Shown here: positions 26,526 through 35,321 of the stretch, in pieces
Layout of the letters: every line of letters starts with the position of its first letter
Position numbering within the stretch: the first letter of the stretch is position 1
Source: Chloroflexota bacterium
Lineage (GTDB): Bacteria > Chloroflexota > Dehalococcoidia > Lucifugimonadales > G022566795
Assembly (NCBI GenBank): GCA_022566795.1
Contig: JADFIF010000003.1
Coordinates: 1 to 50,130, forward strand
DNA length: 50,130 nucleotides
Reading direction: 5' to 3'
Position numbers and translations under genes: made by a program
Notes under the pieces: generated by a model
What the model was told of the DNA's origin: nothing
Seen by the model: only the letters and a program-made list of their open reading frames with translations
Database searches by the model: none

Positions 26526-27428
26526 ATGCGAGTGGGATTCATCGGGATAGGCAATATCGGAAAACCCATGGCCGAGCAGATTATCAGGGCAGGACATACG
26601 CTGGTTGTCCACGATTTGAGGAGGGACGCGGCCACGTCCCTGGTCGCGGAGGGCGCGATCTGGGCAGGGTCGCCGGCCGAGGTCGCGACCGGATGCGATG
26701 TGGTCTGCACCTGCCTGCCCGGGCCCAAGGAGGTGGAGCCGGTCGTACTTGGCGAAGGCGGAATCGCGGCGGGTATGGTGCCTGGGTCCGTCTACGTCGA
26801 TCACACCACCAACGCTCCGTCTCTCGTCCGGCGGCTCCGTGACCTGCTGGCGACGAAGGGCGTGGACACGCTCGACGCCCCCGTCAGCGGAGGCATGGAG
26901 GGCGCTCGGACCAGGGACCTGGTCATGCTCGTCGGAGGGGATGCGACAGTCGTTGAGAAGGTCAGACCGGTCCTCGACTCGATGGCGAAGACCGTAATGC
27001 ACGTCGGCGACGTGGGCGCGGGATGCGTCTGCAAGCTTGCGCACAACTGCGCGGGGTTCTCCATCGACCTGGCCATGGTCGAGTGCATGACGCTCGCCGT
27101 CAAGGCCGGTGTCGACCCGGCTATCCTCGTGAACGTGTTTCAGAGGTGCGCCATCGGCAGGAGCTTCGATCTGCACGTCCGCTTGCCGGCGACCCTCTTT
27201 CAGGGCGACTTCGAGCCCCGGTTCGCGTTGAAGGTCGCGAACAAGGACATGACCCTGGCGACCGAGCTGGCGCAGGCGCTTGGGGTCCCGATGAAGCTGG
27301 CCGAGGCGTCCGCCGAGCAGATGTCGGAAGCGATGTCCCGTGGACTGGGGGATCGAGACAGCTCCGTGTTCCTGACTCTGCAAGAAGAGCGCGCCGGAGC
27401 GCAGATCAGAACCGGAAGTCAGGGCTAG
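26526..27428 (+). CDS. NAD(P)-dependent oxidoreductase, 3-hydroxyisobutyrate dehydrogenase (HIBADH) family
   Basis: ATG 26526 follows GGGGAGG. The translation has MRVGFIGIGNIGKPMA..DAPVSGG..GAGCVCKLAHN.. Confidence 0.88.
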   Translation: MRVGFIGIGNIGKPMAEQIIRAGHTLVVHDLRRDAATSLVAEGAIWAGSPAEVATGCDVVCTCLPGPKEVEPVVLGEGGIAAGMVPGSVYVDHTTNAPSLVRRLRDLLATKGVDTLDAPVSGGMEGARTRDLVMLVGGDATVVEKVRPVLDSMAKTVMHVGDVGAGCVCKLAHNCAGFSIDLAMVECMTLAVKAGVDPAILVNVFQRCAIGRSFDLHVRLPATLFQGDFEPRFALKVANKDMTLATELAQALGVPMKLAEASAEQMSEAMSRGLGDRDSSVFLTLQEERAGAQIRTGSQG

Positions 27429-27434
27429 ACCGCC

Positions 27435-28850
27435 CTATGCCAGCTGAAACTCTCTGGTGGACGCGATGAGGCGCAGCATCTCCGCGACGCGTTGCTGAGG
27501 CCGTTCGTCGGACGCCACGTCGGCGAGGTCGAGGTCTCCCTCGGCGGCGGCATGGTCGGCGAGGGCTTCGCGGGTGTCCCTCGCAACGGACGATAGACCG
27601 AGCAGATCGAGGCAGCCGTCCACAAGCTCGCGCGGGGTCATGCGCCCCTTCCGCTCGGACGCGAGTCTTTCGACCAACGCCCGAACGCCCGGTTTCGCCA
27701 GATCGCCCAGGTACCTGGCGGCGAAGTTGACCCGCTCCACCAATGCGCCGCTATCTATCCACTCTCGGCCCTCGTGCCAGCCCTCGACGCTGGGAGGATT
27801 CAGGAGCTCCTGCCCCATGTATCCCGTCACCAGCGCCGCCTCCCACGCTTCGAGAGTCGGCCAGGCCAGCGCATCGGCCGCTCTGAGTGTGCCCGCCACC
27901 ATCTCCGCCGGGCTCTTCACGTGGGCGAAGCGCACCTGCTCGGACCTGAAGAGCTCCGAGAGGAACATGGTGCTCAGAACCGCGCGAATCTCACGGCCGG
28001 AGTCGAAGTAAGTGCGCTGCATCGCATCGACCAGCGCCCGCCCCTCATCGTCGATCTCGTCGGCGACAAAGAACTGGAATAGCCTGGAACACACGAAAGC
28101 CGCCGTCGCCGGGTTGCGTACGATGATGTCCACAACGTCATCGCCCTCGAACCGGCCGGTCTGCCCGAGAACGGTTTTCTCGCCGCCGTCGTGGTCGTCG
28201 CGCCTATACTCGTACTGCCAAGCCACCCGGCCGTAGGGCCAGATAGACGCCTTGTGGGACCTGAGAGCCATGAACTCGGCGTTTTGTATCGTCCCGCCCG
28301 TGAAGGCCCTGGCGCACTCCTTGATATCCTCTTCGGTATAGTTTCCGATCCCCATCGAGAACAGCTCGAGCAGCTCCCGGCCGAAGTTCTCGTTGATGGA
28401 ATCCGTGTGGTTGTCGTTGTTGTCGAGCCAGAAGATCATCGCGGGGTCCTTCGAGACCGCGACCAACAGCGTGCGAAAGTCGCCCAGGCCGCAGTGGCGG
28501 AACATGTCGATCTGACTCATTAGAGTTTTGACCTGATTGACCTTCCGCTCGCCGGTGGCGAACAGGCCGTGCCAGAACAGCGCCATCTTTTCCACCAGCG
28601 GCGCGTCCGTCGAGACCATCCGATACAGCCAGTTGGCCACCGCGCTATCGACGAGCCGCAACTCCGACTGGTCTACGTGGTAGCGGCGGATGATATCTTC
28701 GGGCAGCGACCGCGGAGCCTCCGGGCTCAGCAACGCCTCGACGGTCGCCTCATACCCGTCTGCAACGCATACGTCGATCTCCTCGGGCGTGGCGCCGAAC
28801 CCCGCCCGGCGCATCAGGTGGGCCATCAGAGCTCGGTCTGTCACTGTCAT
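27435..28850 (-). CDS. DUF1800 domain-containing protein, paralogue 1
   Basis: ATG 28850 lies 6 nt after AAAGGA and gives MTVTDRALMAHLMRRAGFGATPEE.. The protein aligns along its full length with the 43950..45359 product (..PAMIFWLDNN.NH..NEN.GRELLELFS.G.GNYTE.D..PPSVEGWH.G.EWI.SG.LV.RVNF..). Confidence 0.85.
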   Translation of the reverse strand: MTVTDRALMAHLMRRAGFGATPEEIDVCVADGYEATVEALLSPEAPRSLPEDIIRRYHVDQSELRLVDSAVANWLYRMVSTDAPLVEKMALFWHGLFATGERKVNQVKTLMSQIDMFRHCGLGDFRTLLVAVSKDPAMIFWLDNNDNHTDSINENFGRELLELFSMGIGNYTEEDIKECARAFTGGTIQNAEFMALRSHKASIWPYGRVAWQYEYRRDDHDGGEKTVLGQTGRFEGDDVVDIIVRNPATAAFVCSRLFQFFVADEIDDEGRALVDAMQRTYFDSGREIRAVLSTMFLSELFRSEQVRFAHVKSPAEMVAGTLRAADALAWPTLEAWEAALVTGYMGQELLNPPSVEGWHEGREWIDSGALVERVNFAARYLGDLAKPGVRALVERLASERKGRMTPRELVDGCLDLLGLSSVARDTREALADHAAAEGDLDLADVASDERPQQRVAEMLRLIASTREFQLA

Positions 28851-28900
28851 CGGGTATCCTTTGATCATCGCGTTCAGGGCACTCTGAGCCTACGATGCAC

Positions 28901-30574
28901 TCAACGCCTGTCCCTGGGGATAATTGGCAGCGTCACGTGGGACGGTCGCTGAGCGTCGTGGTAGACCGTCTGATTCGCCACTCTCATGTCGGCTGAGATG
29001 CCAGGAGCGGCGCCCGTGTTGAGGTTCCTGGAGAAGCGCGGGAAGTTGCTGCTCGAGACCTCCAGGCCGATGCGGTGTCCCCGCCTGAACAGGTTGCTGG
29101 TCTCCCAGAGATCTATGCGGAGCTCGTAGACCTCTCCGGGCTCGATAGGCGTAGGGTGCGCCAGTGACTTCCGGCACCGGGCGGGGCGTATCCCCTCGCA
29201 AAGGACCACGGCCTTGCCGTCGGGGTAGCAGTCTACGAGCGCCGCTGAGAAGTCGGTGTCGGGGGCATCGGACGAAATGTAGAGAGTCACCTCAACCGGC
29301 CCGGTGACCTCGACGTCCTCCTCCAGTCGAGCCGATCGGTACACGAGAACGTCGTCCCTCCGCTCCACGGGGCGGCGGTCCCAAGGCCCGCTATTGGCGA
29401 GCATCATGTAAGACCCACCGAGAGTCGGAACGGGGTCGTTGGGATCGTAGCTGAATGTGTCGGCGGGCTCCGCCTCGGGGTGCGTCGTGCTAAGAGTGCC
29501 ATCGCCCGCGAGGGAGTTCGCGGCTTCGAGGCTGTGGAGGTAGAACCTGGTGAACTCGGTACGGGCAAGAGGCCATTCGACCTCGGACCGCCAGGCGTTC
29601 TCCCCCATGACGAAGATTCGGATTGGCGGCTCGTCGTCGATGCCGTTGTCGATCCCCCTCAGCCGCCGGTCGTACCACCGCAGTTGCTCTTCGACGATAT
29701 CGAGCGCGGCCGCCTGGCCGAAGTCGATGCTGCCGAAGGGCTCGCATCCGCCGATGTTCGAGTGGCTCCACGGGCCAACGAGCAGCCGGGTGCGCCGGCG
29801 GCTCTCGTCCGTGCGGGACTGAGTCCTCCAGCCGGTATGGAGCTTGAACGCCTCGTGAAGCAGGTTGTCGTACCACCCGGTGATGAAATAAGCGGGCGTC
29901 TCAACCTCCCCGTACCGGCCTCTGAGCCCATACCCGCTCCAAAACTCGTCGTACGTAGCGTGGCGGACGGCGTCCCTGTAGAACGGCAGGTCCACGATGT
30001 CGTCCAGCGCCGACTCCAGCGGCAACCTTCGCCAGAGCACATCCCAATCTAGCAGGCTGGTGGACTCGCGCTTCATGGTCCGCCCCGCCATGTTCACGAA
30101 GTTCATGGCGACGTGGAGCTGGAGGGCGCCATCGACATAGAAGTGCCCGAAGTTGTCCTGCTGCGAGGCGATGGGGACCAGTGCCTTCAGGTACGGGCTG
30201 CGCTGCGTCGCCGGCAGCGTCTGCGTAAACCCGACGTAGGAGATGCCGAACATTCCCACGTTGCCGTCGCACCAGGGCTGGGAGCCGATCCACTGGATTG
30301 TGTCGTGGCCGTCGTTGGCCTCGTTGACGTAAGGCTCCCAGGGGCCATCCGAGTCGTGGCGACCTCGGCAGTCCTGCATTACCACCGCGTATCCCCTCTC
30401 CACGAACCTGCGAGTCCACGCGACGTACCGCTCCTGCTGCTTGTCGTAGATGGTGCGGATGAGCAGCGTTGGGAAGGGCGCCCCGACCGTTGGCCGATAG
30501 ATGTCGCAGGACAGCAAGACACCGTCCCTCATCGGGGCTCGGACGTCGAGCTGCAGGACTAAAGGCTGCGTCAT
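28901..30574 (-). CDS. CocE/NonD family hydrolase (S15 X-Pro dipeptidyl-peptidase-like)
   Basis: 557 aa. The translation has ..MRDGVLLSCDIYRP..FPTLLIRTIYDK..GYAVVMQDCRGRHDSDG.. and a GISYVG nucleophile elbow, followed by a C-terminal jelly-roll domain. Confidence 0.88.
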   Translation of the reverse strand: MTQPLVLQLDVRAPMRDGVLLSCDIYRPTVGAPFPTLLIRTIYDKQQERYVAWTRRFVERGYAVVMQDCRGRHDSDGPWEPYVNEANDGHDTIQWIGSQPWCDGNVGMFGISYVGFTQTLPATQRSPYLKALVPIASQQDNFGHFYVDGALQLHVAMNFVNMAGRTMKRESTSLLDWDVLWRRLPLESALDDIVDLPFYRDAVRHATYDEFWSGYGLRGRYGEVETPAYFITGWYDNLLHEAFKLHTGWRTQSRTDESRRRTRLLVGPWSHSNIGGCEPFGSIDFGQAAALDIVEEQLRWYDRRLRGIDNGIDDEPPIRIFVMGENAWRSEVEWPLARTEFTRFYLHSLEAANSLAGDGTLSTTHPEAEPADTFSYDPNDPVPTLGGSYMMLANSGPWDRRPVERRDDVLVYRSARLEEDVEVTGPVEVTLYISSDAPDTDFSAALVDCYPDGKAVVLCEGIRPARCRKSLAHPTPIEPGEVYELRIDLWETSNLFRRGHRIGLEVSSSNFPRFSRNLNTGAAPGISADMRVANQTVYHDAQRPSHVTLPIIPRDRR

Positions 30575-30617
30575 TCGAACTCCGTGAGCCGCCCGGTTCC
30601 GGCTGACCTTCGTCTCT

Positions 30618-30824
30618 TCACGAGGTGGCAGTTTGCGTTGACCCGTATCGGGAACCCACGAACACTAGCAGGGCCACAATGATAAAGACCGACGCTTCGC
30701 CCACATGCCTCCCACCACCATCATCCAGGATGTGCTGGAGGTGAGTCCCTGCCCACAGTGCCAGCACGATAGATATCAACCCTAATAGTAGGCTCGTGCG
30801 TCGTAATATCTGGCGCAAGTTCAT
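30618..30824 (-). CDS. small two-helix membrane protein, hypothetical
   Basis: 68 aa with two hydrophobic helices, LLLGLISIVLALWAG and VFIIVALLVFVG. It sits between the XDH-like and CocE genes on the same strand, with a purine-rich AAGGGTGG upstream. Confidence 0.5.
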   Translation of the reverse strand: MNLRQILRRTSLLLGLISIVLALWAGTHLQHILDDGGGRHVGEASVFIIVALLVFVGSRYGSTQTATS

Positions 30825-30965
30825 CTACCACCCTTCTAAGCCTGCTGCTTCACCTGTTCAGATTCCGGCTGATGAACTCTCGTACCCTGTCCTCATCGAG
30901 GGTTTCAAGCGTCAGCAGCCTGCCGGGCCTACGCCAACCGGACGGTCGGTGGACTCAGCGGCGGA

Positions 30966-33263
30966 TCACTTTTTCTGATGCTTCCAGATAGCCTCGGTCA
31001 CCGCGACGGGATTCATCGGCAGCCGGTCCATTCGCACGCCGATCGCCCGGTGCACCGCGTTGGCCACGGCGGCGGGAGGGGGTACGATCGACACCTCGCC
31101 CACGCCGCGGACCCCGAATGGATGGCCGGGGTTGGCCACCTCCACGATCACCGTGTCGATCATCGGCAGGTCTAGGCTCGTCGGCATCCGATAGTCCAGC
31201 AGGCTGGAGTTCATCATCCGGCCGTCCTCGCTCATGAAGTACTCCTCGTTGAGGGCCCAGCCGATGCCCTGGGCGGCGCCGCCCTGCATCTGACCCTCGA
31301 CGTAGCTGGGATGAATGGCCTTGCCCGCGTCCTGCACGATGGTGAACCTGAGCACGTCCACCTTTCCAGTCTCGGGGTCGACCTCAACGTCGGATATGCA
31401 GCCCGCGAAGGCGCCCCCGACGCCCGTGGCGTTGAGGGCGGCCCGGCCGACTATGGGGCCGCCTGTGCCGTTAAGCTGTGCGGCCAGCTCCGCAAACGAC
31501 ATGCTGAGCTCCGGGTCGGCCTTCGCCCGGAAGACGCCGTCCCGGAGCTCGACGGTGTCGGAAGCGATGTCCCATATGGCGGCGGCCCGCTCGATCATCT
31601 GGTCTCTGAGGTTCTGTGCCGCCAGGTAGGCGGACCAGCCCGTCTTGAAGGTGACGCTGCTGCCGCCGGTGCCGCTCGTGTAGCCTACGGAATCGGTGTC
31701 GACGACGGCGGGGTGCACGTCCTCGGCGCTGATGCCCAGGACCTCGGCGGCCTGCATGGCGACCGAAACCCGCGTCCCGCCGATGTCCGTCGACCCCTCT
31801 ATTAGATTCACAGTCCCGTCCGCGTTCACGCTGATGGTGCAGCTGGATTCGGCCCCGCCGTTCATCCAGAACCCCACGGCCACGCCACGCCCGCGGTTGG
31901 GCCCCTCCAGAGGCGCGCTCCAGTGCGGATGGCTCTTCATCGCCTCCAGGGTTTCCACCAGCCCGATCCGAGGGAAGACCGGACCGCTGGCCCTTCTCGT
32001 GCCTTCCCTGGCCGCATTGTTCAGTCTGAAGTCGATGGGATCTAGTCCCAGCTTCAGCGCCAGCTCGTCTACCACCGTCTCCGCGGCGAAGCTGGCGTTG
32101 GTGGCGCCGGGAGCCCGGTAGGCGCCCGATTTGGGCTTGTTGACGACCACGTCGTAGCCGTCGATAACCACGTTGGGTATGTCGTATGGGCCGAAGACGC
32201 ACTCGGCCGCGGCGCCCACCGGCGAGCCGGGGAAGGCGCCCGCCTCGTAGGCCAGAAACGCCTGTGCGGCGGTGATCTTTCCATCTTTCGTCGCGCCGAT
32301 CTTTATCTTGATCTGCGAGCCGGACGTGGGTCCCGTGCTCTCGAAGACCTCCTTTCGGGACATGACGATCTTGACCGGGCGCCCCGTCTTCTTCGATAGC
32401 AGGGCCGCCACGGGGTCGTGGTACAGCGGGAACTTTCCGCCGAAGCCCCCTCCTATCTCCATGGGCGTCACCTTGACCCGGGAGACCGCTAGATCGAGGG
32501 CCGCCGCGACGGCGCCGCGCACCTCGAACGGGCCCTGCGTACTCGTCCACACGTGGACTCTTCCGTCGCTGTTCCACAGTGCCGTGACGTTCTGAGGCTC
32601 GATGTAACCCTGGTGCACGGTGGCCGTGTTGAACTCTCGCTCGATGATAACGTCGGCCTGCGCGAACCCCGCGGCGACGTCGCCAAGCTTGTGCTGGAAG
32701 TGCTCGGCGACGTTGCTGACCTTCGTAAGCCGCTCACCGAACTCCTGCGTCTGGAGGTCCTCGATCAGGACCGGCGCACCGTCCGCCATGCCTTCCGGCG
32801 CCGTAAGCACCGGCGACAGGACCTCGTAGTCGACGTCGATCAGTGCCAATGCCTCGTCAACGATGTGGAGGCTCGTGGCGGCGACTCCCGCGACGGCATG
32901 GCCCGCGTAAAGCACCTTGCCATGGGCCAGGACGTTCTGCCTCATATAGCCCAGGTCCATGGAGCCCTCACCATAGTCCACCATCCCGCCCGGCTCGGTC
33001 GCCGGCAGGTCGCCGGCGGTCACCACGGCGCGTACGCCCGGAAGCGCCTCCGCTCTGGAGGTGTCGATCGACTTGATGCGGGCGTGGCTGTGAGGGCTCC
33101 GCAGGATTCCCCCGTGCAGCAGGCCCGCCGCTTGGAAGTCCGCGCCGTAGAGGGCTCTTCCGGTGACCTTATCCGGGCCGTCGTGGCGAATCGGGCGCGT
33201 GCCCACCACGTTGAACTGCTCCGTCGAAAGGACTACGTTGGGTTCGTAAGCTGTCGTCGCCAT
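30966..33263 (-). CDS. xanthine dehydrogenase / aldehyde oxidase family molybdopterin-binding large subunit (CoxL-like, not a form-I CODH)
   Basis: 765 aa. The translation has ..VGTRPIRHDGPDKVTGRALYGADF..HARIKSIDTS.A..LPGV.AVVT.. and ..GGGFGGK.. The SD AGGAGA lies 7 nt upstream. I did not see the form-I CODH active-site loop motif. Confidence 0.88.
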   Translation of the reverse strand: MATTAYEPNVVLSTEQFNVVGTRPIRHDGPDKVTGRALYGADFQAAGLLHGGILRSPHSHARIKSIDTSRAEALPGVRAVVTAGDLPATEPGGMVDYGEGSMDLGYMRQNVLAHGKVLYAGHAVAGVAATSLHIVDEALALIDVDYEVLSPVLTAPEGMADGAPVLIEDLQTQEFGERLTKVSNVAEHFQHKLGDVAAGFAQADVIIEREFNTATVHQGYIEPQNVTALWNSDGRVHVWTSTQGPFEVRGAVAAALDLAVSRVKVTPMEIGGGFGGKFPLYHDPVAALLSKKTGRPVKIVMSRKEVFESTGPTSGSQIKIKIGATKDGKITAAQAFLAYEAGAFPGSPVGAAAECVFGPYDIPNVVIDGYDVVVNKPKSGAYRAPGATNASFAAETVVDELALKLGLDPIDFRLNNAAREGTRRASGPVFPRIGLVETLEAMKSHPHWSAPLEGPNRGRGVAVGFWMNGGAESSCTISVNADGTVNLIEGSTDIGGTRVSVAMQAAEVLGISAEDVHPAVVDTDSVGYTSGTGGSSVTFKTGWSAYLAAQNLRDQMIERAAAIWDIASDTVELRDGVFRAKADPELSMSFAELAAQLNGTGGPIVGRAALNATGVGGAFAGCISDVEVDPETGKVDVLRFTIVQDAGKAIHPSYVEGQMQGGAAQGIGWALNEEYFMSEDGRMMNSSLLDYRMPTSLDLPMIDTVIVEVANPGHPFGVRGVGEVSIVPPPAAVANAVHRAIGVRMDRLPMNPVAVTEAIWKHQKK

Positions 33264-33309
33264 TAGGCATTCTCCTACTCAGCTACTTTCTTGCTCGCGG
33301 CCTCAGCGG

Positions 33310-34092
33310 CTAGCCCATGACCAACCCGCCGTCGACGTTCAGCGCCTGACCCGTGACGTAGTTGGACGCCTGGGATGCCAGAAAGACGACGGCCTCCGCG
33401 ATGTCTTCGGGCTTCGCCATCCGCGCGATGGGCAGGCTCTCTACGCCGTAGTCGAAGCCGCGGGTCATATCCGTGTCGGTGCCCCCGGGGCAGACGGCGT
33501 TACAGTAGATTCCGTAACGGCCGCCATCCTTGGCGACCCAGTTTGTGAAGGCGAGCACGCCGCCCTTGGCGGCGGCATAGGCCGGGCCCGACCGGCCGTG
33601 GAGCGCGTCGGCTCCGTCGGAAGACTTCGACACGGCGCCGCCGATCTTTCCCGACACCGAGGAGATATTGACGATCTTGCCATATCCCCGCTCCTTCATC
33701 GACGGGAACACCGCCTGGGTCATCCGGTACGCGCCCGTCATCACGACGTCTACGTCGCGGTACCAGATCTCCTCGGTGGTCTCCTCGAGTCCGACTCGAC
33801 TCAGCACGCCGGCGTTGTTCACCAGGATGTCGATTTTTCCGAACTCATCGAGGCAACTGTTCACCACCTTAGCGACATCCGCGCTCTTCGTCACGTCGCA
33901 CCCTACCCCCAGGGCGCGGCGTCCACGGTCGCGAACGTCGGATATGGTTTCGTCAACGGAAAGCAGGTCGGCCGCGACCACGTCGGCCCCCTCGCGGGCC
34001 AGCGCGCACGCGATCGCCTGCCCAATACCGCGAGCCGCGCCGGTCACGATCGCCACTCTGCCCGTCAGATCGATTGGGCCGCTCACGGACAT
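33310..34092 (-). CDS. short-chain dehydrogenase/reductase (SDR)
   Basis: ATG 34092 gives MSVSGPIDLTGRVAIVTGAARGIGQAI.. with an NNAG motif and YAAAK (YxxxK). The upstream 183 codons of ORF 33310..34641 are non-protein-like and overlap the divergent gene. Confidence 0.88.
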   Translation of the reverse strand: MSVSGPIDLTGRVAIVTGAARGIGQAIACALAREGADVVAADLLSVDETISDVRDRGRRALGVGCDVTKSADVAKVVNSCLDEFGKIDILVNNAGVLSRVGLEETTEEIWYRDVDVVMTGAYRMTQAVFPSMKERGYGKIVNISSVSGKIGGAVSKSSDGADALHGRSGPAYAAAKGGVLAFTNWVAKDGGRYGIYCNAVCPGGTDTDMTRGFDYGVESLPIARMAKPEDIAEAVVFLASQASNYVTGQALNVDGGLVMG

Positions 34093-34224
34093 GTGCTCGC
34101 TCACCCCGGTCGTCGACACGTAACTCACCTCCGCAACCCATCGATGCCCAGGAGTATATCCCCTCGAGGCCTCCCAGTCGACGGCGGACGGAGCCGAGTG
34201 CTTGGTTGAATAAACCTTGATAGA

Positions 34225-34320
34225 TCCTACCCACCCACCCTCGAAAGGCTCCGAGGGGCTTGTCCCCCAGACCATAAACCTCACGGGCGGGTGGGCGGGG
34301 AAAAGTACGTATCGCTTTCT
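34225..34320. repeat. structured intergenic palindromic element (copy 3, compact form) with G-quadruplex-type arm
   Basis: This 96-bp unit is the reverse complement of the two ends of 9903-10068. Its arms CCCACCCACCC (left) and GGGCGGGTGGG (right) are near-complementary. It lies in the divergent intergenic region between the SDR gene and the ATPase-like gene. Confidence 0.75.
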
Positions 34321-34489
34321 TGCCAACCAAGCACTAGCATATGCTCGCGTTGGCCAATGGAAGCGGCGGACGCGGGCCGGAAAATCCACTCTTCCGCGCC
34401 CGATGCCTTTCGCACGCCAGCCAGGGCAGCTATAGCTACGACGTTCGATGTAGGCTACCATGGTGGCTGGTCCGCGAGAGGGAACAGTA

Positions 34490-35212
34490 ATGTCTGAGCT
34501 TACCCTGGTCGACCTCGTTCGCAACGGCACGATGAACGCCGAGATAGCGGCAACCCTGGCGTCCATCGCGGCCGAGCAGCACTCGTTCATGGTGGTGGCC
34601 GTGCCGCGGTTCGCGGGGAAGAGCACCGTCACGAACGCCATGCTGCATTGCGTGCCGGCGAACGTGCCAGTGCACCGTCTGAGTGGCGACGAGGCGGAGA
34701 TGGACCGGCTGAAGCGCGACGCTGGCGGTGGCTACCTGGTGGTCGGTGAGTTCAGCAGGGCGCCGGTCCCAGGCTACATCTGGGGCCCACCGGTGCGGAA
34801 GGTGTTCGAGACGATGCGGGCGGGCTATTCGCTTTCCACGGCCCTGCACGCGCCCTCGGTGGACGATGCCTACGCCGCCATTTGCCGGACCAACGGCGTT
34901 CCGGATGAGGACGCCTCTCGCCTTACCTACATGGTCTACATCCAACGGATGGGCGACGACGAGGACTCGTTCTGGCGGCGCATCGCCCAGGTCCATGAGG
35001 TAGACAGGGTTGCGGACGGCAGGCCGCAGGGTCGTGTGCTCCATCGCTGGCAGGAGCGGGACGACAGGTTCGAGCAGGTGGAAGAGCCCCGGCTCCTCGC
35101 CGTCGGCGCAGATCGGCTGCGCGAGCGTGCTCGCCGGCTCGCCGAATTGGCATCATCGGGCCGGACCGGCGTGGAGGACGTGCGGTGCGTCGTAGCCGGC
35201 TCCGAGCGCTGA
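34490..35212 (+). CDS. minimal single-domain VirB11/CpaF/PilT-superfamily ATPase-like protein (degenerate Walker A)
   Basis: ATG 34490 follows GAGAGGGA. The translation has LVDLVRNGTMNAEIAATLASIAAEQHSFMVVAVPRFAGKSTVTNAML (P-loop-like AGKST), GYLVVGEF (Walker-B-like) and GYSLSTALHAPS (His-box-like). Length is about 240 aa, with no N-terminal domain. Confidence 0.6.
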   Translation: MSELTLVDLVRNGTMNAEIAATLASIAAEQHSFMVVAVPRFAGKSTVTNAMLHCVPANVPVHRLSGDEAEMDRLKRDAGGGYLVVGEFSRAPVPGYIWGPPVRKVFETMRAGYSLSTALHAPSVDDAYAAICRTNGVPDEDASRLTYMVYIQRMGDDEDSFWRRIAQVHEVDRVADGRPQGRVLHRWQERDDRFEQVEEPRLLAVGADRLRERARRLAELASSGRTGVEDVRCVVAGSER

Positions 35213-35321
35213 CCCACCGCTAGCCCACTGGGGCCTCTACGGCTACCGGGGGGATGGACCCTGGGCCGCCACAACCGACTCAAGCCACAAGTCTGGCTCT
35301 TGACGACCTAAGGAGGAACCC

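Noticed and set aside
34093-34641. The N-terminal extension of ORF 33310..34641.
   Set aside because: SDR homology starts at ATG 34092. The extension crosses the repeat element and the start of the divergent gene, and looks non-coding.
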